Part shown: positions 35,585 to 45,676 of the stretch, piece by piece
Numbering within the stretch: position 1 is the first letter of the stretch
Layout: each line of letters starts with the position of its first letter
Assembly (NCBI GenBank): GCA_027923505.1
Contig: BROI01000009.1
Coordinates: 682,001 to 746,000, forward strand
Direction: 5' to 3'
DNA length: 64,000 bases
Source: Mayamaea pseudoterrestris
Lineage: Eukaryota
The notes under the pieces: generated by a model
Seen by the model: the letters and a program-made list of their open reading frames with translations, nothing else
Databases searched by the model: none
What the model was told of the DNA's origin: nothing
Program-made: the position numbers and the translations under genes

Positions 35585-36529
35585 ATGGTTCCTCGAACCA
35601 AGCTTCCTCGCGTGACATCCGTATCCTCGCTTGGTACGGGTTCTTTTCACGGCGCCATTGAACTTGACAATATCCCCTTGTCTCCATCCAAACAGCGACA
35701 GCAGCAACAGAATCATCACGAAATTCTCGGATGTGAACCAAACCATCTCGAACCATCAGTGGAGATTTCTCGTGTCCAGCAAATCCTCGAGGCTTTGACA
35801 GACAAGGAGCGAGCGCAACTTGCTGACCCTCGTATGCCCATCCGCCACTTGCGAGCCGAGAATGGCAACGTCCTATTGGCCATTCAAAAGCTAAAGGCTG
35901 CATTGCAATGGAGGCATGACTTTCAAGTCGAGCAGATCCTCAGTGACGATGCCGACATGCGAGCGCTGATTGCTCGCGAGAATGCTACTGGGAAAATCTA
36001 CGTACGCGGGCACGACCAACAAGGCCGCGCCATGGTCTACATGCGACCGGCACGAGAGAATTGTAACCACAATCTAGAAGGCAACATGAGGCATTTGGTT
36101 TGGAATTTAGAGAAGGCGATTGCTTGTACGCGGCGTCGATCGCTGGAGTTGGGCTCGCCAGCTCCACTGGAGAAGATTATACTTGTCATTGACTACGAAG
36201 GCTTTCGACTGCGCGACTCGCCACCATTGGCAACGAGCAAGTACACTTTGGATATATTGCAGAAGCACTATCCTGAAAGAATGCATCGAGCGTACGTTGT
36301 GCATCCGCCGCTGGTGTTTAGCTCATTTTGGGCTATTATAAAGAATTTTATTGATCCAACGACCAAGGAAAAGATTGTTTTTTGCAACCACAAGACAATT
36401 TACAAGCTGCAGGATGTCGCTGAGGACATGTCAAAATTGGAGACTTGTGCAGGCGGTGACGGATCGGCACGAGAGTTTGAGTCGAGCGAGTACGTCAACT
36501 TGCCATTTGATGTCAGCTTTGATGCATGA
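35585..36529 (+). CDS. CRAL-TRIO / Sec14-family lipid transfer protein
   Basis: RHLRA..ALQWR, TGKIYVRGHDQQGR, LDILQKHYPERM, WAIIKNFIDPTTKEKIVF. Confidence 0.92.
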   Translation: MVPRTKLPRVTSVSSLGTGSFHGAIELDNIPLSPSKQRQQQQNHHEILGCEPNHLEPSVEISRVQQILEALTDKERAQLADPRMPIRHLRAENGNVLLAIQKLKAALQWRHDFQVEQILSDDADMRALIARENATGKIYVRGHDQQGRAMVYMRPARENCNHNLEGNMRHLVWNLEKAIACTRRRSLELGSPAPLEKIILVIDYEGFRLRDSPPLATSKYTLDILQKHYPERMHRAYVVHPPLVFSSFWAIIKNFIDPTTKEKIVFCNHKTIYKLQDVAEDMSKLETCAGGDGSAREFESSEYVNLPFDVSFDA

Positions 36530-36600
36530 CGCCAAACGCCAACGGGCCCAAGGAGCCAACGTAAAGTCATAGAATTATAGAACTGGCAATAATATGGGTT

Positions 36601-37347
36601 TTATGCTGATAAATTAACGTCGAATTTACTTTTGGTGGGCTTGCCGTGCTCATCGCGTTGCACCCGCAGTCCTCCTTCAAGCCTTTCATCTGCTGTTACA
36701 TATATTTCAGGGTTGAAGCCGATGTTACCGAGATCAAAATTGTCCGGCAAGGCACTAGCCGATCCAATTACCGGTTCCAAATTCACCTTATTTTGTACTG
36801 TATCCATTTCACTGTCACCTGGTGCCAGCCAAAGCTCCAAGTCGTGACTAAAAGGGCCGCCCAAATTCTGCGGCCGAAGTTCCAACTTGCTGTACTCAAA
36901 TATCAGTCGCTTTTGAGCCACAGCGGCTTGCTCGGCGGTCGCGCCATTCTGATAGGCAATTTTGCCCACAAACCAAAAGGTGGTTTTGTTATTGGATGGA
37001 GATCTCACGTAAACGTCACTGGAGGCGGAGACGCCATGTTCCTTGCGAATCGAATCAAAGAGAAGAGCGGCCTTACGCAAAACTTTAGTGCCTGATCCAG
37101 ACTGGCCACTTGATAAACTTCTCACGGCAGGTTTCTGTGATTGAGTTGATGTCGAAGATGATGAAGCAAAGCCTTTTGCCGGTGAAGCACCTCCTTTTTG
37201 TTTCTGCTTGGCGAAGCAAATTGTGAGGCGTTCTGATGGCTGGAGTGATAATGCTAATCCTTGGACATTAAACGATTGCGTGCAAATTAAGCAACGACGA
37301 ACAGATGCAAGTATCAGTAGCCGGCCTAACTTTTGAGCAAGCACCAT
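36601..37347 (-). CDS. Conserved hypothetical, probably plastid-targeted protein
   Basis: 248-aa ORF with a presequence-like N-terminus, a KKxxGxxKGF-type linker and DVYVR..FWFVGK. Confidence 0.6.
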   Translation of the reverse strand: MVLAQKLGRLLILASVRRCLICTQSFNVQGLALSLQPSERLTICFAKQKQKGGASPAKGFASSSSTSTQSQKPAVRSLSSGQSGSGTKVLRKAALLFDSIRKEHGVSASSDVYVRSPSNNKTTFWFVGKIAYQNGATAEQAAVAQKRLIFEYSKLELRPQNLGGPFSHDLELWLAPGDSEMDTVQNKVNLEPVIGSASALPDNFDLGNIGFNPEIYVTADERLEGGLRVQRDEHGKPTKSKFDVNLSA

Positions 37348-37531
37348 GTTTCGCAGGCCAGATATCGATAAAAAGAGTGGGCGACGAAAGTGTGAGCATC
37401 GTTGCTTGGCCTACAATCGCGTCGCAGTGGTTTCGATTGAGCTACTGTGCCAAAACCTTGCGTCTTTTATTGCGTCGCCATTCGAATGCATCCCTTGACA
37501 ATTAAGCAACATATACTTTAATAATGTTAGT

Positions 37532-38989
37532 CTACATCATGGCATCATTGTAGCGATCCTCGTTCGAGACTCGTTCCAGCAGCGCACTGACTCTGACCTT
37601 GACGGACTCGACTTGCCTCGCAGTGCCTTGGATCAGCAAGGTTCGGCGAACCTGATCCACGTGCATTTTTGTACCCGTTGCACGTTGCATACCAATAATC
37701 GTTTGGCCTTTCTTGCCAATGACAATGCCGACATGGTTGCCGAGTTCAATCTCGTCGGTGATAACATCTGCCTGCTCGGCCCCGGCACTTTCGGCTTCAG
37801 AGAGGCCATTCGACGTTCCGGGTCGATTTCGCGCCCAAAACTTGCATGACCTGTCATTAGATCCTGTTGCTAACAAATGACCAGCTGGATGCCACTGGAG
37901 ATCCCAAATGGCCATGTCGTGCGCGTAGGGGATCCTTTCTGGGATCTCTGATCCTCGCGCACCCACGTTCCAAAATGCCAACGTTCCATCCATTGATCCA
38001 GAAGCAAAGACAGACTCGCAGAGCGGATGCCACGCAAGACTAGTCACTTCTTTTGTGTGTCCTTTGAGCGAAACTAATTCCTTCATGGCGCGAATGTCGT
38101 ACAATTTGATCAACTGATCGCGCGACGCTGTCAGTAGCCAATTACCGTTATTATTCCAAGCAACCTTGGTTACAGTATTTTTGTGCCCATACAACGTCGA
38201 CACACAAGTGCCCGCTCGTGGATCCCAAAGCTTGGTAAGATTATCTTTGGAGCCAGATGCAATAATGGAGGATCGTGGGTGCCACTCAACCGATTTCACA
38301 TCCCATCCATGTCCCTCCAAAACGCGCTCCTCCGTATGACTCGCCCAGTCCCAAATTCGTACCGTTGAATCATCTCCACAACTGCAAAACTTGGTGTCCG
38401 CTGGTGAAAATGATAGTCCATGAATCGCTTGCTTATTGTGCGAGTCAATCGATTGTACCGGCGCAATGGAGGGACTCCAATATTTGATATTTCCGCCAGC
38501 GTCGCAAGTCAGCAGGTAATTGCGATTGTGAGACCATGTCATGAACCGAAAGCTAGTTTCATGTGCCGTCATGGCAAGCTCGTAGGCAAAGGAAATGCCA
38601 TCCCAAAGAGTAAATTCGCCGTCGGCGTTTCCAGTCAAAAGGCGTCGTCCACCGGGCGTCCAGCTCAAGCACACAACGGGCGACGAGTTTTTGGCTCGCG
38701 TCATGTGTGCCATATTCGTCAAAAAGAACTCGGAGGCTATAAAATCACCTACTTGAGAGATCGGCAGTCCCATGAGTCGCAAGTAGCTGGAATGTGGCTG
38801 TAGATATGGTTGAAACTGGCGTACATGTCGGGTTCGGCAGGCCTTGTGGTAGAGGCGATTTTCAACGTCGAGAACGGCGGGTGTGTGATAGTCGATGCAT
38901 CGACGAATTAGATTACGTTCAGCGGCTTCCTGTTCGGCATCGTCAGCCGACATGCCAGGTCCAGCGTTGCTGATCTTGGGAGTCGCCAT
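37532..38989 (-). CDS. WDR33: Pre-mRNA 3'-end processing factor WDR33/Pfs2/FY with C-terminal KH domain
   Basis: RRCIDY, WTPGGRRLLTG..GEFTLW, GHGWDVKSVEWHP, GNWLLTASRD, WHPAGHLLATGSND..KFWARNRPG; KH GxxG motif VGIVIGKKGQTI. Confidence 0.93.
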   Translation of the reverse strand: MATPKISNAGPGMSADDAEQEAAERNLIRRCIDYHTPAVLDVENRLYHKACRTRHVRQFQPYLQPHSSYLRLMGLPISQVGDFIASEFFLTNMAHMTRAKNSSPVVCLSWTPGGRRLLTGNADGEFTLWDGISFAYELAMTAHETSFRFMTWSHNRNYLLTCDAGGNIKYWSPSIAPVQSIDSHNKQAIHGLSFSPADTKFCSCGDDSTVRIWDWASHTEERVLEGHGWDVKSVEWHPRSSIIASGSKDNLTKLWDPRAGTCVSTLYGHKNTVTKVAWNNNGNWLLTASRDQLIKLYDIRAMKELVSLKGHTKEVTSLAWHPLCESVFASGSMDGTLAFWNVGARGSEIPERIPYAHDMAIWDLQWHPAGHLLATGSNDRSCKFWARNRPGTSNGLSEAESAGAEQADVITDEIELGNHVGIVIGKKGQTIIGMQRATGTKMHVDQVRRTLLIQGTARQVESVKVRVSALLERVSNEDRYNDAMM

Positions 38990-39040
38990 GGTGTTTGCCT
39001 TTTTTCTTTCTTCTGTCTCTTTTTTTCTTTTTTCTACAAA

Positions 39041-39062
39041 TGTTGAACTAGAATATTTCTTG
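39041..39062 (-). repeat. Remnant terminus of the 3' LTR
   Basis: TGTTGAACTAGAATATTTCTTG matches TGTTGGATCTAGAATATATCTTG at 43585; abuts the ACAAA TSD. Confidence 0.8.
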
Positions 39063-39073
39063 GTACAATTTCG

Positions 39074-42000
39074 TCATGACCCGAAACCTTGTGCCTTCAG
39101 AAAATATCCTGTCACAGCAACTGCGGTAGCATCGTGAACTCCCACGACTTCACTCTCCGTCGAGCTTCTTGTTACCAACTTCTGTTTATCCGACGTACTG
39201 TACACTGACCCTTTTCCAAGTGTCATTGTTCCACCAGTGTGACCCTTCATGTCGTGACGCGACGATGTATCCCCCACTACTGGACTATCGCGACTGGTCC
39301 GCTTCAGCGTCAACACCATGTCCACGCTTCCGCGTAAATATTTAATCACTCTTGCAGCCTTCTTATAGTCGTCTTCGTCGGGCTGCTGCAGCCTCGTGCT
39401 CAAGAAAGAAATCGCTGTGCGAATATCCGGTCGCGCTCGCTGACTCAGATACAGACACTGCATCACAATCGTCACAAAAATCTGCTTCTTCGCTTCGCTC
39501 AGCATGACAGGATTTTCCGAGATCTGAAACAAGTGACTGGCGGCCGGAGTAGCTGCCGTTCCATCCATGTCGCCCGGCGCATGATGAAGGATGTTCTTCA
39601 CATAATCAACCATGTTGATTGCTACTTCTCCAGGCTTAGTATAGTCCAATACCATGCCGAGGTAGTCGTGCACTTTTCCGCGTGACTTGTTCATTGGAGT
39701 CTCCTTGCCGAACTCCTCATCCATCTGCTCGATGAACGCATCCACTACGCTCACGTCGACGTGCGAAATCTTCAAATCGTCCACGTGCCATCCCACGGTG
39801 ATTTGCTTTCCATTGACAATCTTGTTACACACACACACGGATCGTACGGGTTCTTCTCGAAGCCCCACTCAAGCAATTTTGCAGACAACTTCTCCCAGAA
39901 TAGTCGCGCTGCTCGAAGCGTACCATAAAGCGCCATGAGTAACTCAACGTACATGACTTTCTCGCCATTCTCCATTGTGACGCAAGGCTCGTACATCTCG
40001 CGATCAATTTCCAACAGTAGCTCCACCATCTTCCCAGTGAAACGAACGTGCACCAACTCGTCCATTTCCGCTTGCATAAAAGCGCCCGGTACATCAACCA
40101 CAGCAACCTCGCGCCCTTCCATAGCGTCAATGATAGCTGTCAGAAAGATGGCCTCTGTCGCTATCGTTGGAGATGCTGCGTCTTCCTTTGCAGTGTATGC
40201 TCTTTGCTTGCGTCCATCCGCACATCCGCGTCCCTTCACAGTCCCGCATCGCTTGCGCTTGAGAAACATCAAATACGCCAGAGCATCCTTGCGCTGCTGC
40301 GGAGTCAGAGTGCACTGGGGGACTGCCTTCATGACGTGCCTGTCGTGTAGCTGCTGCATTTCCTTGCGCACTGCCTCCACTCCAGCATCGCCAAAAGCCT
40401 TTAAACCTTGTCGCATGTTCATCTGTGCCGTGACGAGTGGCTCCGACACTTCCTCTGCAGCGTCGAGCGTGAACAAATGAGCGAACGATCGAGGTTTGCG
40501 TGCACGCAGGCCATACCGACCAGTGCGTGGGCCATAGCGCGCATCGAAATCCTCTTCGTCTGCAGCAGCTGGCACTCCTTCAATTTCGCCTTCATCGGGC
40601 ACTCCTTCAATTTCGCCATCATCCACGGCCGCATCCAGTCGCCGGCGCGTCATCCTCCTCATCGTCCGGCACTCCTTCGATTGCGCCGTCAGCACCATCG
40701 TCGTCGTCGCTGTCGTCGTCATCGGTCGCATTCACTCCTTCGCTTCCGCCGGCAGAGTCGTCCTCGCCGCGAGAAGCGTCGTCATCGTAATCAGAGTCAT
40801 CATCATCCTCGTCGTCATCATCGTGCCACATGACCGGCTCAGCAGCTTCCGCAACACGGTGGCGGTCCATGAACACGATGCCCGGATTGGCCTTCTGTTG
40901 ACGAGCGAGACGATGCACGCGCTCAATGACATCATCAGGCATGGGCAAAGGCGTAGCGTGGCCACGATTCAGAATTTTGCCCAAAGACAAACTGAGGAAA
41001 TAAAACCCGCCCTGCACATTACCAGTCGGGCGCAGAGCCAGCGCACCAATCGTGCGCGCCTGCATGTCATTACTGTGTGACTCATGCGTTTGCACATACT
41101 GACCAAATTCATACTTGCAATGCCGATTAAAGTCAACTGTCTGACCAGTCACAATGGTGCGTGGACTGAGATCCTTCGAAATGCCACGCTCGTTCGAAAC
41201 GCATTCAACCAAAACACGGCAGACTTCGTCATCTCGATAACCAATCGTGCCGGCACGTGCTTAAACGGCAGCGTGTTGTATGTCGCGCGCACCCGTTCCT
41301 TCACGACACGGATAAAACGTTCGATTTCGCCAACGTGCTCATCCTCAGACGTCGCATTGAGCGCCACTCCGAGATCAGCCAACGCGCCAAGCATTGGAGC
41401 GAACTCCCCATCCATCAGAGCCGCGACGACACGGAACCCACCGCGTGCGTAAATCTTCAACACAGACTCAATTGCCTTCAACATAACCGGAAGCGTACGG
41501 TTTTGAATCACCTCGACCGTAGCAAAACGAATGCTGCGGGAGAACGTCACCAACATGGGGACCTTGTTGATATACATGATGTCAGCACAAAGAGTAACGT
41601 CTCGATAACGACTCATGATAGCCGGTGGAAGTTGCTCAACAATCGCAGGCTTCACCAGATGCGACGCGCGACGCGTCGTCTTTCCTTTTAACGAGCCAAC
41701 ATCTGGTCCAAAGATGTGCTCAGCAGCCAGGATGTCGGCCTTCGTCACAGGACAGTTCGGCAACTGATTGCTAGTAACGATGCGCAGGTAATCCTTGAGG
41801 CTTGGCCGTCCAATTTTGATTTGCAGTTCCCTAGCTCTAACAGCGCGTAAATAGTCATCATTGGTGTAGTTAGTACGGTTATCGTCTACCGTAGTCAACA
41901 TCGCCACTCCATCCTTGACATCGCCGCGCTTGCCCTTTGAAAAGCTCTCGCAAACATACAGCCCAGAGTCCGTCTCGACAAACTCTCGCTGCTTACCGTC

Positions 42001-43557
42001 CGGCTTCTCCACGACGAACATTGGACGCTCCACGCCATGCATGAGATACTCCACGGTAAACTTCTTTCGGACTTGCGCCAAACTCAAAATGTTCGCCAGC
42101 CCCTGCGGATACCACCACACCGGACCATAGCCCTCCAGGTCGCCCATCATGTTCGTCCTTACTGTACCAGCGTTGCACTTGATCACCATCCACGTTGGCA
42201 CCGGGCGAATGTTCGTCAGCATCTTGGCGTTACAGAACAGATCCACTGTCGACTGATTGTCCAAGAGCACAGCCTTCTTCGAGATGTTCACCTTCGGCGG
42301 CTGCGCGAACATGTATCCGACCTCGTCGTCGTCGTCGCTATCTTCCTCGCTACCCAGCGTGAAGTGCTGCGCCCCACTAGCCTCTGCAGCCGGCGCACTC
42401 TCCGTAGACTCCGCTCTCGTGGGACAGTCTCGCTGCACATGACCAACCTGTTGGCAGATCCAGCATCTGGGAGGGTCACGCGCTGTACCAGTCGTGTGAA
42501 ACGCCACGCCCTCGTTCGTTGGCAACGTGGCTTCTCCATCCGCATGCTCACGACGCTGCATGATGTTGTATGCATCGTGGATCGTCAACGGGAAGTTGTC
42601 GTGCCCGTCGAGGTAGCAGTTGCGCAAGTGCTTGCAATACCCAGCGTATTCGCCCGTTGCGCCACGCACGAAAAGCATCGCAAGCTCGAGCTCTTCGGCG
42701 GCCTTGATATCATCCTTGTTCGCCTTGTTACGATTGTCATCCTTGGCAATGTTCAGCGCCACAATCTCGTTGTGCATCGTGACGCCAACCGCCTTCGCCA
42801 CGTCTGCCAGCGTGACCATGCTTTCGTAATATTTCTGCAGGCTTTCGCGCGCTCCTTGAGTACGTCCGAACAACTCAGCTTGAATGTCCACGACTTGATC
42901 CACAAGTTTGCAGCGCCCTTCGTACGTGTGCGAGATCTCCTTGATAATCGCCAGCAACTTAATTCCGTCCGTGTCCTCCTCGGCGTCTCGGAACTTGGCG
43001 TGCGACTTGACACGATCCTTCATACGCTCCGTGCATTGCCCATACAACACGGCGTAGAGACCAGCGAGGAAGTCGGAGTATACACGCACGCGCTCGACAT
43101 GCTCTTTCTTGTCGGCCTTGTATTCCTCGAGCATTATGGACCAGTCCGAGTCCGTCGTGTCGGCATCCTTCGTTGGACGCGCAGGCTCGTCAGGAATCTC
43201 CAGTTCCACGTTGCGCATGCCCTTGAGCAGCTCCTTGGTATATTTCTTGTAGGAGCGCCCGACGAAAGTGATGATCTCGTTCGTCGTACGGATGAATCCA
43301 TCGGGATCGCGCGAACCGTTGTAGTCGTAGATGAAGCCAGCGAGCGTCGGCTCGCTTCCTTGGAAATTTCCACTCGGCGCACGACTCGGTCCGTTGAGTC
43401 TGTTACCATTGCCTTGGTTCCCGGAACGATTCCCAGCACGATTCCCACGACGATAATGACGGTTACGTCGGTTTCCTTCGCTTGCTGGCGGAGCGGGAGG
43501 TGCACCTCCACCGCTCGACGCCGTTCCTGTCGTCGGAGTATTGCTCGTCGAAGACAT
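39074..43557 (-). pseudogene. Frameshifted gag-pol of the Copia element
   Basis: Split over ORFs 43557-41149, 41212-40619, 40731-39772 and 39868-39074; RNase H truncated at FLKAQGF. Confidence 0.9.
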
Positions 43558-43584
43558 GTCTTTTCACTCCCTTCTTGGAGAAAA

Positions 43585-43750
43585 TGTTGGATCTAGAATA
43601 TATCTTGCGCGCCCTTGAAGCGACACTAATGATTAAGCAGAACAGAGTCAATAAAACCACTTTACTTTTCAAGAGTGCTCCACCCTCTGCGCAACGGTCG
43701 TCGTCGCGCGTCGCTGTCTCTTCGGTTTGGGTTCTCATCCATGCTCAACA
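43585..43750 (-). repeat. 5' LTR (166 bp)
   Basis: Minus strand TGTTGAGC...GATCCAACA with TGTTG/CAACA inverted termini; abuts the TSD. Confidence 0.85.
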
Positions 43751-44140
43751 ACAAACTGCGAGCATCAATAATTTGTGTTGGTGGCGCTCCGGCGCGGTGG
43801 AAGACGTTTGAATGCGACGTCGTTTTCACTTGTATGATCTTCGAGTATGATATTTAAAGTATTAAGATCGAGTCACAGACTACACTTTCATGTAGTGTCA
43901 CCATGGTGACGTCCATAAGCTTCGCATGCGACATTCCGCTCGACCTCTCGATTTTCGAATCGAAACGGATGAGAACCATCATCGATCACCATGATGATGG
44001 GAACACAATTGGGAAGCGACAGAGCTTGAAAATCACACAAGCGACGAGATATATTGGCTGCTGTTGTACCCTGTCTAGCAACGTGCAGACAATCACTTGC
44101 TTGAAATTGCTTGGCGCGGCGACTTTGCTTGATCTGAAAT

Positions 44141-45544
44141 ATGTACGGAGGCGAAGATGATCCGGCGGCTGCAAGGCGCATAGAGATTATGAGGCAGCAA
44201 GCAGCCGCTAGTCCGACTAATAATGCACCAATGAACAGTTCTGCAGGGTCATTAACCCGACAGCAATTGCCTCCTCCGTCGGTTGGCTTTGGTATTGACA
44301 ACAGCAGCCCACCAACGTTGTTCAATCCCGATCAGTCTGCACCTTTTTCGCGGTTGGCTGGAATGAATGGAGGGGAAGGCACGTTGACTAATCTTCAGGA
44401 AAAGAATGCTTCAGCATCTCCAAGAGTGACACCTCCAAGCTATCGCAATCGTGCGACAGCTGCATCGGAAGGAGGACTCGCGAATTATCATGGCGGCCAG
44501 TTTGGGTCGGCCAACTTCGCACACTTTTCTTTAGATACGACTACGGCCGTAACTTCCACCAACAGCTTGCTTACTTTTGCAGACGATTCGAATAGTAATA
44601 CCAAGCGCGGCGTTCCCCATATTTATCATGATTACAGTCAAGTGCCGGTGCAACCTGATCTACTGCGTAAAAAATCTGGCGGCGTGACGGTGCCGTTTCC
44701 AGTCAAACTTTACGAGATGCTAGAAGACCCGCAGACGGACCCCAACGTTATATCTTGGCTCCCACATGGCAGAGCATTTCTGGTGAAGCAGCCAAAGAGA
44801 TTTATGAGCGAGGTGATGCCAAAGTAAGTCGCGACGTCGCGTCGGATGGCGGCCGATGTCAATTCGCTTTCTGATCGACTCTCTTTTCTTCTCAGATATT
44901 TCCGGCAAACGCGTGTTACCAGCTTCCAGCGACAAAACAATCTCTACGGGTTTCGCAGGCTAACCAGGGGAGCCGACGGAGGAGCGTACTATCATCCAAT
45001 GTACGTATAATTCTGTGCTGGCTATAGTGCCTTGTTGGAGATGTTTAAGTAATTTTGTCCTGGTGTTGAAGTTTATGTTGCTCAAGCTCTATTGGAAATG
45101 CAGCTCACGTCGGCATTTTTACTCGTCTCTATTTACAGGTTCCTGCGAGGCCGACCAGATCTCTGCCATCATATGAGGCGTCAAAAGGTCAAAGGGACAG
45201 GGCATAAGCAGCCTTCTGATGCCCGCACCGAGCCCAATTTCTATGCCATGCCGCCCGTTTCCGCGAGTCCGGGCGGAGTTACTTCTGATACCACGGCAGC
45301 TGCATTCTCCCCGCAAGTACAGGCAGCAGTGCCTCCCGAAGCTTTGGCAAATACGTCTCCGGGATTGCATGGAGCTGCTCATCTTCTAAGAGGGTTTGCA
45401 GGTGTTAGCCCGAATCGAGTGCCCCCGCAAATGCCACTATTGGGAGCAAACGTCGCTGCCAGCCTAGCACACAATCAAGGTCTAACGCCGTTATTACCTC
45501 CAAGGAATAATGGGCACGAGCAAATTGGTAGAGATGAAGCGTAG
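44141..45544 (+). CDS. Heat shock factor (HSF-type DNA-binding) transcription factor; exons 44141-44823, 44896-45000, 45139-45544
   Basis: PFPVKLYEML, ISWLPHGRAF, K|YFRQTRVTSFQRQNNLYGFRR, GAYYHPM|FLRGRPDL. Confidence 0.93.
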
Positions 45545-45676
45545 ACAAACAATGAATGCAATTTTTAGTGTCGCTAGGGTCGTCGCGGCAGCACAAAAGA
45601 ATCATATGTAGGTGCCCGCTTGCCGAACAATAGCACTGTAAACAACATCATTGCTCTAAATTTAAAGTAATGTAAT

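Larger units (their letters stand above)
39041..43750 (-). mobile_element. Ty1/Copia LTR retrotransposon (diatom CoDi-like), decayed
   Basis: Domain order Gag (CWICQQVGHVQRDC knuckle), protease (LLDNQST), integrase (ADIMY, DGEF, EHVGEIER), RT (KGRGCADG, VDVPGAF, LYG, HVDDL), partial RNase H. ACAAA TSD at 39036-39040 and 43751-43755. Confidence 0.95.

Noticed and set aside
40570..40690. Short repeats GGCACTCCTTCAATTTCGCC
   Set aside because: They encode (G)EIEGVP repeats in the acidic integrase-RT linker and are part of the retroelement.
42037..43596. 519-aa plus-strand ORF
   Set aside because: Antisense shadow of the Copia gag region with no recognisable motifs.
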